In this document: in pieces, positions 9,305-18,569 of the stretch
Layout: every line of letters begins with the position of its first letter
How positions within the stretch are numbered: position 1 is the stretch's first letter
Virus record (IMG/VR): IMGVR_UViG_3300045988_177721
Span: 1-55,314 of that record
Origin: a virus
DNA length: 55,314 nucleotides
Reading direction: 5' to 3' (one strand)
Notes under the pieces: generated by a model
Told to the model about the DNA's origin: nothing
Databases searched by the model: none
The model's input: only the letters and a program-made list of their open reading frames with translations
Translations under genes and position numbers: made by a program

Positions 9305-10855
9305 TTAGTATCCTCCTAAAGTTCCATCTAAAGATTCAATTAATTGTTCATTGACTCTTTCACCAGCTTTAATATAAGATGACTGTTGATTTAATGGAAT
9401 ATTTGTAAAGCTATTATCAATTTTAACGTTCGCAGTTTTACTATTTGAAATGCTATAAGAGTTAACTAAATCAGAAAGCATAGAAGCTCTATCTTCTTCT
9501 GTAACCTTTTTATCTTTTCCTAATTTTGAAGCAATCCACGTTATTGCACTTAACATAGTTGATAATACCTTCATACTAACCTCCATAAAGTTAATAATTG
9601 TATCTTTATTTTCAGCAAAGAATTCAATAATTACCATTTGTTTTTTATTTTCAAAATCTTGTCTTTGCATTTGATATTCTTCATATTTTTTAAATAAACC
9701 TTTATCTTCAATTTTTTGATATTCAGTAGAGTAGTAACCAATTTTTTTAGCAAATTCATTTCTTGCGGCTTGTCCCATATACATTAAATCTTCTTCAGAA
9801 CCTATGTTCATATCTTCTTTAGCCCTTGTTAAAGCATAATTTTGGGCAGATGATAATCCATATTTTATAGCTTGTTCGGTTGCTTCTGAATTATATCTAA
9901 GACTAGTTTTTAAATTATATTGACTCATTCTATCGAATTCACTTAAAGCATCAGATAAAGTTTTTTTAATAGAATCTGCAAAATTTTTCAAAGCAGAAGC
10001 GATTTTATCTTTAATAGCATCCCCTAAATTTTTACCTGCTTCTTTCCAATCAATCGTTTTTTTCCAATCTAATTTTCCTAAATCAATTTTATTTTGTAAT
10101 CCTTCTTTTTCTTTAAGTGCTTTTTGTGATTCAGATTGAAGTTCAATTTGTTTATCGTTTAATAAAGAAATATTGTTTGCGATTTCTAAAAGTTCTGGAA
10201 ATTCAGATTGTAATGTATTAGAGATAATATTCATATCTTTTTTTAATATTTCATTCTTAGCAAGTAAATTATTAATTTCGTCTTCTCCACCTTCTACTCC
10301 ACTTAAAGATTGAATTTTATTTGAATTTTCTTGAATTTGATTTTGATACCCTAAAAATTGTTGATATAAATCATATCCTTCAGAAGAGTTTAATTTTTCT
10401 TCAAGAGACTTAATAGAAGAATCAAGTTCACTATTACTTTCTTTTAGAAAATTCAAATAATCAGTTAAATCAACAATTCTATCTTTTGCTTCTTCTAAAG
10501 CGTCGTTAGAAAAAATATTAGTTCCTCTTGAAAGTCCTTTAAAGAAATCAGTTATTGTTTGAGGTTGATTTTGAGTTAAATATGATTGTTCTTCCATACT
10601 CTTATTAATTTCTTTAACTAAATCAGAAGCACTCAAATTAGCACTGTTTTGAGTTCCAAAAGTAGCAGATTTATCTTTCGTTTGATTAGAGATATTGTTT
10701 ATAGAACTTGCAAATTTTTTTTGTAAATCATCAAAAGGTTTTCTTAATTTATTCATAATTCTTCCAAAATCTTCAGGTATATTATTCATTTCATTTTTAA
10801 AAGTTGATAAATCTAATTCAGGTATGATTCTAACTTTTTTAATATACTGTTGCAT
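9305..10855 (-). CDS. Coiled-coil protein, tape-measure-like
   Basis: 516 aa dominated by heptad-like Q/E/K/L repeats. It lies immediately downstream of a pair of small chaperone-like ORFs, the canonical position of a tape-measure protein. Confidence 0.5.
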   Translation of the reverse strand: MQQYIKKVRIIPELDLSTFKNEMNNIPEDFGRIMNKLRKPFDDLQKKFASSINNISNQTKDKSATFGTQNSANLSASDLVKEINKSMEEQSYLTQNQPQTITDFFKGLSRGTNIFSNDALEEAKDRIVDLTDYLNFLKESNSELDSSIKSLEEKLNSSEGYDLYQQFLGYQNQIQENSNKIQSLSGVEGGEDEINNLLAKNEILKKDMNIISNTLQSEFPELLEIANNISLLNDKQIELQSESQKALKEKEGLQNKIDLGKLDWKKTIDWKEAGKNLGDAIKDKIASALKNFADSIKKTLSDALSEFDRMSQYNLKTSLRYNSEATEQAIKYGLSSAQNYALTRAKEDMNIGSEEDLMYMGQAARNEFAKKIGYYSTEYQKIEDKGLFKKYEEYQMQRQDFENKKQMVIIEFFAENKDTIINFMEVSMKVLSTMLSAITWIASKLGKDKKVTEEDRASMLSDLVNSYSISNSKTANVKIDNSFTNIPLNQQSSYIKAGERVNEQLIESLDGTLGGY

Positions 10856-10858
10856 AAA

Positions 10859-11050
10859 TTACCTCCTCCTTCTTCTAATAGATTTATTATTATTTTTAAG
10901 TCCTATCGCTCTATTGTGCAAATTAACTAAACATACTTCGTATAAATCAATGGCCTCTTCAAAAGTGTAGTCATCTCTTAATTCTTTTAAAGTTGCATAT
11001 CTATTTGAGAGCAGCACATACATTATTGAATTGACCCTACTACTTGACAT
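10859..11050 (-). CDS. Small ORF, possible downstream (T) part of a G/GT-type tail assembly chaperone
   Basis: 63-aa ORF ending RRRRR. Its frame is open for about 37 nt upstream, across the stop of the 104-aa ORF, in the -1 frame relative to that ORF. Confidence 0.4.
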   Translation of the reverse strand: MSSSRVNSIMYVLLSNRYATLKELRDDYTFEEAIDLYEVCLVNLHNRAIGLKNNNKSIRRRRR

Positions 11051-11100
11051 AAATTCAAGGTTATCATTTTCTCCGAAGTCATTGATGGCTGTATCTGACT

Positions 11101-11415
11101 CTATTCTTCGGATTTCCTGAAAAGTGGTTGAAGATAATCTTTAATGAAATATATACATAATTGCTGTAAAGCAATGTAATCGTTTTGAATATCGAGAGGC
11201 ATATAAACTTCTCTACCTTTTTCTTTCAAAGTAACCCACATATTATTTAAAGATACTTCAATGTGTTCTAAAATAAAATTAAATAAAGTTTCAGTTTGAG
11301 ATAACGAGTTAAAATTAATTTGTGTTTGAATTGCTAATATTTCAACCGTTGATATTTTACCAACTCTGAAAAGTTCTTTTCTTCCTTCTATATTAAATGT
11401 TTCATTTTCTTTCAT
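11101..11415 (-). CDS. Putative tail assembly chaperone (G-like)
   Basis: 104-aa ORF immediately upstream of the 63-aa ORF and the tape-measure-like gene. This is the classic chaperone position. Confidence 0.45.
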   Translation of the reverse strand: MKENETFNIEGRKELFRVGKISTVEILAIQTQINFNSLSQTETLFNFILEHIEVSLNNMWVTLKEKGREVYMPLDIQNDYIALQQLCIYFIKDYLQPLFRKSEE

Positions 11416-11430
11416 TTTAATTTCCTCCTT

Positions 11431-13008
11431 TTAAGGTAATAAGGTAATGGTAACTATATAATCAGTTAAAGCTGCTTTAGCATTTGTTCCGAGATATAAT
11501 GTTAATGTAGTTCCTCTAGATATAGTAGGTTGTATGGTAATTGAACCATTTGAACAACATAGATTTATTTCATGTGTAGCACTCGATTCTGTTATTTTAA
11601 AAATGGTTGAATGGAATCCTTGATTTCCTGAACCAGCAAATACTCCATAAGGAATTCTATTATATGATATAACAGTTGAGTAGTGAACTGAATTAGATTC
11701 AATATTTGAACTACTATCAAGCTCAATTAATACTCTTAAATTATCTAATGCACTTAATTCAGCACCATTTGCAAAATTTGATATTAAAGTGTTAAAATTG
11801 ATAGAATAATAGAATAAAGAACCATACCTTGTGAAATTACCAATTTGTTTGTTAAATTTGAATTGTGAAATTAAATTACCAGTTTGTCTACTAAAATTTA
11901 ATTCTAAATTACGTTTAAAACCAGGAATGTATTTTTTAGGAGTACTATGTGAACCTCCTGCTACAACAGATGTTAAATCATAAGCAGATAAATTACCATC
12001 AATATCATCTCCATCCGGAGTTAATGATGGATATTCAACATAATCCGTTTCACCTTGACCATTTGCTGTAATAAGTGACCTATCAGGAGCACTTCCTGTG
12101 TTTAAGTTATTAGCTTTAGCAACTACATCGGCTGAACCAACTCGTAAATTTCTACTTCCTGTCCAGTAAGGAGCAAATCCATCAGAGACTAATACATTTT
12201 GGTCTTCTCCTTCTTGAGGAGCACTTAAAAACTTAGTTTGACTATTTTGAGTATAAACTAACTCATTTGTACCAGCGTTTAATAAATCTTTAGCAGTTGT
12301 TGAATTTTTAACAGTTAGTCCATCACTTTCAAAAATATCAATAAGGTCTTTGCCTCCAATAGTCGAATCAACATTTTTTGAATTATTAACATTATCGACA
12401 GATTTTTTAAACACTGTCTTATTTCCAGTTGGACCAAATTCGAACTCAACGTTTGAATCAGCTTTAGTATTTGTGTTTTTAAAATCTAATAAAGAACTTG
12501 CTTCATCTGAACTATCAGCATGAGTAATATCTAAATCTTGTTCTGATACAAACAAGTATCCATTATTTTCAGTTTTAGTTGGATTATAGCATAATATTTG
12601 ATTTTGATTGATACTAGAAGGGTTATATACAATTGGTTTCAAAGAATTGTTATAAAAGTAAACTATATATCCTGAAGTGTTAGCTGCATTAAACATATCC
12701 AGTAAATCATTTAATTTAGTTTTTTGATATGAGAAAAAAGTATTAAATAATTCAATGAAATCATTAAGAGAAGTATTAGGTCCATAAGTTTTATTTAATG
12801 ATGAAGTTGATTCATCTGAAATAACATATTTAATAATAGCGTTTGCAATTAATGAATCTTGTCTTAAGATAGCATTCATTATATTTGAACGAACAACTGT
12901 ACCAGATTGATATCCAGAAAGACGTTCATTTGAATTATTAAATTCTGAATCAGAAAGTATATTAGAAGTATTTTCAGCAAATACTTTTACATTATTTATA
13001 TTAGCCAT
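11431..13008 (-). CDS. Asn/Ser/Thr-rich structural protein (candidate major tail or sheath-type protein)
   Basis: ORF track 11431..13029. The likely start is 13008 (MANINN), with RBS GGGAGG and an ATG overlapping the TAA of the Tad2-like gene. It is beta-rich and low-complexity. Confidence 0.5.
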   Translation of the reverse strand: MANINNVKVFAENTSNILSDSEFNNSNERLSGYQSGTVVRSNIMNAILRQDSLIANAIIKYVISDESTSSLNKTYGPNTSLNDFIELFNTFFSYQKTKLNDLLDMFNAANTSGYIVYFYNNSLKPIVYNPSSINQNQILCYNPTKTENNGYLFVSEQDLDITHADSSDEASSLLDFKNTNTKADSNVEFEFGPTGNKTVFKKSVDNVNNSKNVDSTIGGKDLIDIFESDGLTVKNSTTAKDLLNAGTNELVYTQNSQTKFLSAPQEGEDQNVLVSDGFAPYWTGSRNLRVGSADVVAKANNLNTGSAPDRSLITANGQGETDYVEYPSLTPDGDDIDGNLSAYDLTSVVAGGSHSTPKKYIPGFKRNLELNFSRQTGNLISQFKFNKQIGNFTRYGSLFYYSINFNTLISNFANGAELSALDNLRVLIELDSSSNIESNSVHYSTVISYNRIPYGVFAGSGNQGFHSTIFKITESSATHEINLCCSNGSITIQPTISRGTTLTLYLGTNAKAALTDYIVTITLLP

Positions 13009-13009
13009 A

Positions 13010-13204
13010 TTATAACGCCTCCCAATCATTAGCTAAGGTATTAGATATAGTTAAACCTAAATCACCTTCTGTAATTTCTTTTCCATTACTTAAATGAATA
13101 GTTAATTTGAAAGTTGATTGGTCGATAAACCAATAACCTTTCCAACCTTTTCTTCTAACCTTTAGACCTGCTTTCATCATTTTCCAAGCATCTCTAAATT
13201 TCAT
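13010..13204 (-). CDS. DUF2829-domain protein, Tad2-like (Thoeris anti-defence sponge family)
   Basis: 64 aa: MKFRDAWKMMKAGLKVRRKGWKGYW...NTLANDWEAL. This matches the DUF2829 signature (F.eAl.amk.GkkvrRkgW ... DWEi). It is embedded in the late operon and translationally coupled to the downstream gene. Confidence 0.6.
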   Translation of the reverse strand: MKFRDAWKMMKAGLKVRRKGWKGYWFIDQSTFKLTIHLSNGKEITEGDLGLTISNTLANDWEAL

Positions 13205-13207
13205 AAA

Positions 13208-13642
13208 TTATTCCTCGCTTTCGCTGATTTTTTCTAAATAGTCAATATCATCAACAAATTCTTCTTTTTTCTTAGCTACTTTCTTAGCAGGTTTTTCAAG
13301 AACTTTATCCTTGTTTAATTCTACTTCAATTTTTTGATTTCCTTTATTTAATTTATCTTTTAATGCTTTAGCTTCTTCTTTTTCAAAATCAGGTTCATCT
13401 GTATATTCACCAATAGTTATAACCTTATCTTTTTGTAGACATTTAACAGTGTTCCATTCAGTGATTTCACTTGGATAAAAATGAGAACCTTCTCTAATAG
13501 GAATAATACGTTTTGACCAAAGTGAGTTAATTTTTAAGCGGTCAGCAACATGAGCGTCTGGATTTGTTACATCCCTATACTCTAAACCAGATGTTACATT
13601 AATATTAATTTGTGATTGAATTCTTACATAAGCTTTTTTCAT
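13208..13642 (-). CDS. Hypothetical protein with K/E-rich helical C-terminus
   Basis: 144-aa ORF with RBS GGAGGAAA. Confidence 0.55.
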   Translation of the reverse strand: MKKAYVRIQSQININVTSGLEYRDVTNPDAHVADRLKINSLWSKRIIPIREGSHFYPSEITEWNTVKCLQKDKVITIGEYTDEPDFEKEEAKALKDKLNKGNQKIEVELNKDKVLEKPAKKVAKKKEEFVDDIDYLEKISESEE

Positions 13643-13668
13643 ATTTTAATTTCCTCCTTTTAAGCTTT

Positions 13669-13935
13669 TTAAAAATCATTTTCCATATCTATTATATATA
13701 CTCTCATAAATTCACCATTTAAGAATCTACATAAATTGTCTTTTCTTTGAAGAGCATTATATAATTCAACATTTATTAAATTTACATTTTGTCTAGTTAT
13801 TTCTTTATTTTGAAACTCTAGAATCTCTCGTACATTGTCGAATATGTAGAGTAATACTTCATCTGTCACATCATAAAAAGCGATGATATATTTATTTTTA
13901 TAGAATTTTACCTTTTCTTTTTCAAGAGGTAACAT
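13669..13935 (-). CDS. Hypothetical protein
   Basis: 88-aa ORF with RBS. Confidence 0.5.
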   Translation of the reverse strand: MLPLEKEKVKFYKNKYIIAFYDVTDEVLLYIFDNVREILEFQNKEITRQNVNLINVELYNALQRKDNLCRFLNGEFMRVYIIDMENDF

Positions 13936-13945
13936 AAATAATCAC

Positions 13946-15535
13946 CTACTTTTTAGAATGCTTAAATAGTTTTTTGAATAATGAATCTTTTTGTTTTGTT
14001 ATAAACTCATTTTCATTTTCTTTAATTTCATTTTCATTTTCTTCTTCAGGTTCATCCAAATCGATATTTTCAAATTCATCTTTAGTATTTTCTTCAAGTT
14101 CTTTTAAATATTCTTCATCAAAACCAAAATTAATTTCATTCTTATTAATAAAGTGTTGAAGAATTTCAGCATATTTCTTAGTTGTTAAAATACCATCACC
14201 TAACATACTTGATAATAAAGTTTGAAATTTAGATAAACCATCCATTCTTTCATCATCATGTTTTTTAATTAATAATGAATTAAATTCAAATTCAATATTT
14301 TCTTTGATATTGTATTTTTTGTAAAGAATCCACAAAAACTTTTCAAGGACTGGTCTAAAATAAGATTCAGCTCTATTTAAAATTGTTTCATCATATCTTT
14401 CTAATGCGTCCGTATCATTTGAGAATCCTTGTTTTAAATCTCCAAATAACACACCTTGCATTTCTAAAGCTGCAGAGATTAACCACATATTTTGTTCTAA
14501 TAACTCGGCTAATCCATTTAAACCTGAAAAACCATGTTCTTGGTATTCGTCTTCTTTATCTAAGAAGGTTAAACTGTTATATGTCCTACCCCAGTTAACC
14601 ATTTCTAACCTAGCTCGAAGTTGATTTTCTGAAGCTTCATCTTGACCCATGAAAACTCCTCTCATTCCAGCCATTTTGATAACTTCAATCAATGCTTTAT
14701 TAACTAAAGATTGAATTGATGCTTTAAGTTGGTCATCTCTCGATAATTCGTTAAGAATGTGAGCTCCTTCTGCATATCCCCAACCTTGAAGCTGACCAGT
14801 TTTAATTAATTTAGGAGCTGTACGGTGTTCATATCTAAGAATGAAATCATGATGAACATTCATGCTAACTCCATCTGCAAAAGTAATTCTATAAGTTTTA
14901 GGTTTACCGAAGTCTAAAGATTTCATATTTGACACAGTATCTTCTGAAACAACTCCTACACCATACCATCTGTCCGTAACATACAATCGAATACTTTTAG
15001 AATCTTGTATTTTCTTTAAATCCATAGGTTTAGCGTAATCTTCATTGTTCATAGTATCAAACATAACAACTGCTACTGACCCACCAAATAAAGCACCCCA
15101 TTGTAGAAGATTGATAAAATCAGTTCGATATTTTTTTAAATCTTTTAAAATCATATCTTTTTTTTCTTCGTCTTTTAAACTTAAAGTTATGCCACAACGA
15201 ACAACATCAGTTGATGGTTTATCAATAGCTCTTCTAAAAACCCAAGAATCGTTATACAGAGCTAACCACAAAGGCCAGTTTAGAGTATCATTTGAAAAAC
15301 CGTAATTAGTGAACGATTGAACTTTATCGTCAGTACCAATAGAACTTAGAGTATTTCCATAGTGGTCGTGAATTGAACTTTTCATTGCTTCAGAACTATT
15401 ACCTAAGTCAACTAATTTTTCTATTTTTTCTTCAGAGCTATCTTCTAATGTTTTTCTTTCACTATCTTTTAACTGCATTTCTTTCATCATAGCAATAACT
15501 TTAGAATTACTGTAATTTTTATTTTCCTCTGACAT
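13946..15535 (-). CDS. Putative portal protein
   Basis: 529 aa with an acidic C-terminal tail (EENTKDEFENIDLDEPEEENENE). It is the first gene of the late operon, and its size and acidic C-terminus are typical of portals. No family motif was verified. Confidence 0.4.
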   Translation of the reverse strand: MSEENKNYSNSKVIAMMKEMQLKDSERKTLEDSSEEKIEKLVDLGNSSEAMKSSIHDHYGNTLSSIGTDDKVQSFTNYGFSNDTLNWPLWLALYNDSWVFRRAIDKPSTDVVRCGITLSLKDEEKKDMILKDLKKYRTDFINLLQWGALFGGSVAVVMFDTMNNEDYAKPMDLKKIQDSKSIRLYVTDRWYGVGVVSEDTVSNMKSLDFGKPKTYRITFADGVSMNVHHDFILRYEHRTAPKLIKTGQLQGWGYAEGAHILNELSRDDQLKASIQSLVNKALIEVIKMAGMRGVFMGQDEASENQLRARLEMVNWGRTYNSLTFLDKEDEYQEHGFSGLNGLAELLEQNMWLISAALEMQGVLFGDLKQGFSNDTDALERYDETILNRAESYFRPVLEKFLWILYKKYNIKENIEFEFNSLLIKKHDDERMDGLSKFQTLLSSMLGDGILTTKKYAEILQHFINKNEINFGFDEEYLKELEENTKDEFENIDLDEPEEENENEIKENENEFITKQKDSLFKKLFKHSKK

Positions 15536-15569
15536 ATTGGAAAAATCCTCCTTTCTTTTTATATAATAT

Positions 15570-15598
15570 ATTATATCATATTATTTAAAAAAAGTACA
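15570..15598 (-). promoter_or_regulatory. Candidate promoter for the minus-strand late operon (extended -10 TGATATAAT on the minus strand)
   Basis: Minus-strand reading tgtact-N17-TGATATAAT, about 28 nt before RBS AAGGAGG and the ATG at 15535. The -35 is weak. Confidence 0.35.
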
Positions 15599-15740
15599 TA
15601 GTTTTTTAAAAAAAAGTGAAAATTTTTTAAATAAAAAAAAATGTAAAAAATGCAGGAAAATCCTGTGAAATGATGAAAAAAATTTATTGATAAAAAAAGA
15701 TGATTTGAGTGATGTATTATTAACAATTAAGGTTTTTTAA

Positions 15741-15800
15741 CATATTATATTATATAGTATATTATTATATTATATAGTATATATTATTATATTATTTTTT
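15741..15800. repeat. AT-only tandem repeat (about 22-bp unit attatattatatagtatat, 2-3 copies)
   Basis: Read directly from the sequence in the divergent control region. Confidence 0.6.
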
Positions 15801-15896
15801 ATAATAATATTATAAAATTATTTAATATTTAATAAAATATAACTTAAACTATATACCGCTAACATTTGAAAGTAATTAAGAACCTATATTAAGTAT

Positions 15897-16080
15897 CTAT
15901 TAACATTTTGGATTTAATGAAATGTTAATAGTCATTACAAACTTTTGAAAAATTTGAATCAAAATGTTAATAGGAAGTTAATAGGAAGTTAATAGGTCAT
16001 CTTAATAGAGAATTTGCATATTTGAAAGTATTTAGAGACTATTAACATCATCTATTAACATTCATCATTTTTATTAACAT
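15897..16080. repeat. Iteron-like array of a 10-bp motif CTATTAACAT / ATGTTAATAG (at least 8 copies, both orientations); candidate replication origin or operator array
   Basis: Direct copies start at 15897, 16039, 16052 and 16071. Inverted copies lie at 15922, 15964, 15977 and 15988, including tandem GTTAATAGGAA x2.5. Variants occur at 15717, 15737 and 15859. The array lies between the divergent early and late operons. Confidence 0.6.
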
Positions 16081-16147
16081 TTATCATTTTTTTATTGTCA
16101 TCTTAATAATCACTAAACAAATTTTTTAAAATAAATTATCATTTTAA

Positions 16148-16196
16148 TTTACATACCTTTAAAAATGTGATATAATTAAATTGTAAAAATTAATAA
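16148..16196 (+). promoter_or_regulatory. Early promoter P1 (TTTACA-N17-TGaTATAAT) plus conserved leader ATTAAATTGTAAAAATTAAT
   Basis: -35 at 16148-16153, -10 at 16171-16176 with TG at -15/-14, A/T-rich upstream element (aaataaattatcat). The leader contains the inverted repeat ATTAA-N10-TTAAT. Confidence 0.75.
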
Positions 16197-16213
16197 AGGA
16201 GAAAATAAAAATT

Positions 16214-16528
16214 ATGAAACAAATTATTGTTAGAATTAATGATTATGATGGAAAATTAATTGCAAAAGATTATTACTATTCACAAGCAAGATTTAATGAT
16301 GAAGGAGCAGATTTTATTTACCAATTTTTAAATCCTGGTTGTGAAGTTCAAATCAAGATTGGTAATTTATATTCAAAATATTTAACACATTCTGAATTAT
16401 TAGATATTATAAAAGAAGTTGAGTTATTAGATAATACTAATTATAATGAAAGAGAATGTATATATGATTATTTAATAAACGATTATGGTGTTCAATATTA
16501 TATGAAAGAATATTTACCTAAATATTAA
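16214..16528 (+). CDS. Hypothetical early protein
   Basis: 104-aa ORF with RBS AAAGGAGAAAA, first gene after P1. Confidence 0.65.
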   Translation: MKQIIVRINDYDGKLIAKDYYYSQARFNDEGADFIYQFLNPGCEVQIKIGNLYSKYLTHSELLDIIKEVELLDNTNYNERECIYDYLINDYGVQYYMKEYLPKY

Positions 16529-16558
16529 AAAAAAAATAAAAATAAATTATCATATTAG

Positions 16559-16607
16559 TTTACATACTTTTAAAAGTGTGATATAATTAAATTGTAAAAA
16601 TTAATTT
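16559..16607 (+). promoter_or_regulatory. Early promoter P2 (same cassette)
   Basis: TTTACA 16559-16564, N17, TATAAT 16582-16587 with TG. The conserved leader is identical to P1. Confidence 0.75.
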
Positions 16608-16626
16608 AAAGGAGAAAATAAAAATT

Positions 16627-16953
16627 ATGAAATTAAGAGATGCTTTACAAAAAGGAATTATTACTTTAACAGATTTAGAAAAAGAATGTTTAAATGCAAT
16701 TAGAGACCAAGGAAGCTTCTATGAAGAATCTATGGATTACAATCCTGAAACAGGAGAAAATGAATTTTCAGAAGGTCAATTCTTCGGTTGGGAAATATAT
16801 GAAAGTGAAGTAAAAGGTTGTAGAGGAGCTATTGCATCATTAGTTAAAAAAGGAGTATTAGATACTTTGGATGATGATGAATGTACTGCTTATTATATTA
16901 ATTATGAATTAGAATTTGAAGATGATAATATATGGAAAATTAAATTTGAATAG
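16627..16953 (+). CDS. Hypothetical early protein
   Basis: 108-aa ORF with RBS AAAGGAGAAAA. Confidence 0.65.
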   Translation: MKLRDALQKGIITLTDLEKECLNAIRDQGSFYEESMDYNPETGENEFSEGQFFGWEIYESEVKGCRGAIASLVKKGVLDTLDDDECTAYYINYELEFEDDNIWKIKFE

Positions 16954-16973
16954 AGTTTTTAAAACTCTTTCTT
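16952..16973 (+). terminator. Candidate intrinsic terminator (short hairpin AGAGTTT-tta-AAACTCT plus TTCTT)
   Basis: 7-bp stem, 3-nt loop and a U-rich tail immediately after the stop codon. Confidence 0.35.
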
Positions 16974-17013
16974 AAAACCACAAACTGGTCCTAAGTCCAG
17001 TATAATCATAAGG

Positions 17014-17370
17014 TTGAAGGAGAAAGTGAGAAAAAATAAAATGAAAAATAATGAAATTGAAAAATTTGTGAAATTATTAAAAGAAAATGATTTTACAGAT
17101 TCGTATGATTCCTATTTAATTGTAAATGATAATGATGTTATTTATAAAGACCAAGGAGGTTGGTTTGAATTAAAATTAGTTAATAAAAAAGAACAAAAAT
17201 ACATATTCAAATGTGATACATATAGTGATGAACCTTATTCCAAAATTATTAGTGGTGAAAAAGAATTTGATGAATTTTTAGAAGAATTTAAAACATTATA
17301 CTGTTTTGATAATAGTGCTTATGATTTTATTCTAGATGAAGATGATGAAGATGAGGATGTAGAGTGGTAA
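17014..17370 (+). CDS. Hypothetical early protein, acidic C-terminus (DEDDEDEDVEW)
   Basis: 118-aa ORF with RBS GGAGAAAG. Confidence 0.6.
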   Translation: MKEKVRKNKMKNNEIEKFVKLLKENDFTDSYDSYLIVNDNDVIYKDQGGWFELKLVNKKEQKYIFKCDTYSDEPYSKIISGEKEFDEFLEEFKTLYCFDNSAYDFILDEDDEDEDVEW

Positions 17371-17373
17371 TTT

Positions 17374-17730
17374 ATGAAAAGTAAAGTATGTATAATTTTT
17401 GATAAAGATTTTTTAGTTGATGATTTAATTTATTATAAGAAAGTATATAAAGGTTTATATTTAGTTAAATTTAATTTTATGCCATATAACTCAAGTAAAT
17501 ACTACAGTTATGTTAGTAAATTTAAAAAATCCTATCATCCTTTTATTAGAAATAATTATTATTTAATCACAAATTATGGAAAAGTTATGTACTCATTTAA
17601 TGTGTATAATAAAGATTCAAAAAAGATGATTAAAAAATTTAAAAAGAATTATAAAAAATTCTTAAAAAGTTCAGAATATGAAAATGAAATGTTAAAATAT
17701 TTGATGTTGTTTTGTAAATTAAAAACATAG
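17374..17730 (+). CDS. Hypothetical early protein, Lys/Tyr-rich
   Basis: 118-aa ORF. Confidence 0.55.
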   Translation: MKSKVCIIFDKDFLVDDLIYYKKVYKGLYLVKFNFMPYNSSKYYSYVSKFKKSYHPFIRNNYYLITNYGKVMYSFNVYNKDSKKMIKKFKKNYKKFLKSSEYENEMLKYLMLFCKLKT

Positions 17731-17731
17731 A

Positions 17732-17983
17732 TTGGAGAATATGATGATGAATAGTAGAAAATATTATGTAAGTACAGAGTATTTTAAAAATCAAGGTTTA
17801 GGATTAGATTTCATTGCCTCTGATTGTGAAAATACTGAAATTAGTGAAGATGAATGTAAAAAATTAAACTTAAAACAATTATGGAATTTTGATAAAGAAT
17901 ATCATAAAACTATAAAATTAAAATGTGTTGAAGAAGTTGATGAAAATAATGACATTTATATATTAGGTTATTATGAAGATTAA
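17732..17983 (+). CDS. Hypothetical early protein
   Basis: 83-aa ORF. Confidence 0.55.
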   Translation: MENMMMNSRKYYVSTEYFKNQGLGLDFIASDCENTEISEDECKKLNLKQLWNFDKEYHKTIKLKCVEEVDENNDIYILGYYED

Positions 17984-18129
17984 ATTGGTCTTAAATTGAG
18001 AGGTGCAATTTTAGATATAAATTTAGCTGAAGGAAAACAGCGAAATCTAAAACCAACTAAATATTAATCAAATTGTTAAAAAGTAAAATATTGAAGACAC
18101 CTCCTTCAATAATCTTTAAAGGAGAAAAT

Positions 18130-18285
18130 ATGAAAAAATGTAAATTTACGTTAGCGTTAGATATAGACGGTGATGATATTGAACTTAACATTGCTTTTGA
18201 ATCTGAAAATTATGAAGATGCTATCGAATTTGTAAAAGATGTTATTAAACGTATGGATGTACTTAAGGAACTAGATGGTGAATGA
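18130..18285 (+). CDS. Hypothetical small early protein
   Basis: ORF track 18073..18285. The likely start is 18130 (MKKCKFTL), after RBS AAAGGAGAAAA. Confidence 0.5.
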   Translation: MKKCKFTLALDIDGDDIELNIAFESENYEDAIEFVKDVIKRMDVLKELDGE

Positions 18286-18569
18286 CTATGAAGAAAATTA
18301 AAGAAAATATAGATTTGAAAGAATTAGAAAAATATGGATATGAAGAAGAAAATTCAAGATATGTTAAATATACAAACGATACATATTATGATAATCCAAT
18401 AACCATTACTGTTAATAAATTTACAAGAATTATAGAAAAATGTTATGCTTGGAAGTGTATGTTAGGTCCAATATATCACTCGCCTATTATAAAAAATGAC
18501 AAACAGGTTAAACCTGATAAATATATCAAAGATTTAATAAAAGCAGGTTATGTGGAGGAGATAGAATGA
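18282..18569 (+). CDS. Hypothetical early protein
   Basis: 95-aa ORF that overlaps the stop of the upstream gene. Confidence 0.55.
   Translation: MTMKKIKENIDLKELEKYGYEEENSRYVKYTNDTYYDNPITITVNKFTRIIEKCYAWKCMLGPIYHSPIIKNDKQVKPDKYIKDLIKAGYVEEIE

Noticed and set aside
7277-15305. Plus-strand ORFs 7277-7462, 8362-8556, 10695-10970, 13974-14159, 14383-14598 and 15045-15305
   Set aside because: All are antisense to long, well-supported minus-strand genes of the late operon. They are an AT-rich antisense artefact.
16975-17013. Possible tRNA or small RNA at short hairpins (16975-17013 and 40186-40240)
   Set aside because: No cloverleaf arms, no GC-rich roughly 75-nt segment and no conserved T-loop GTTC. 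They are just small hairpins.
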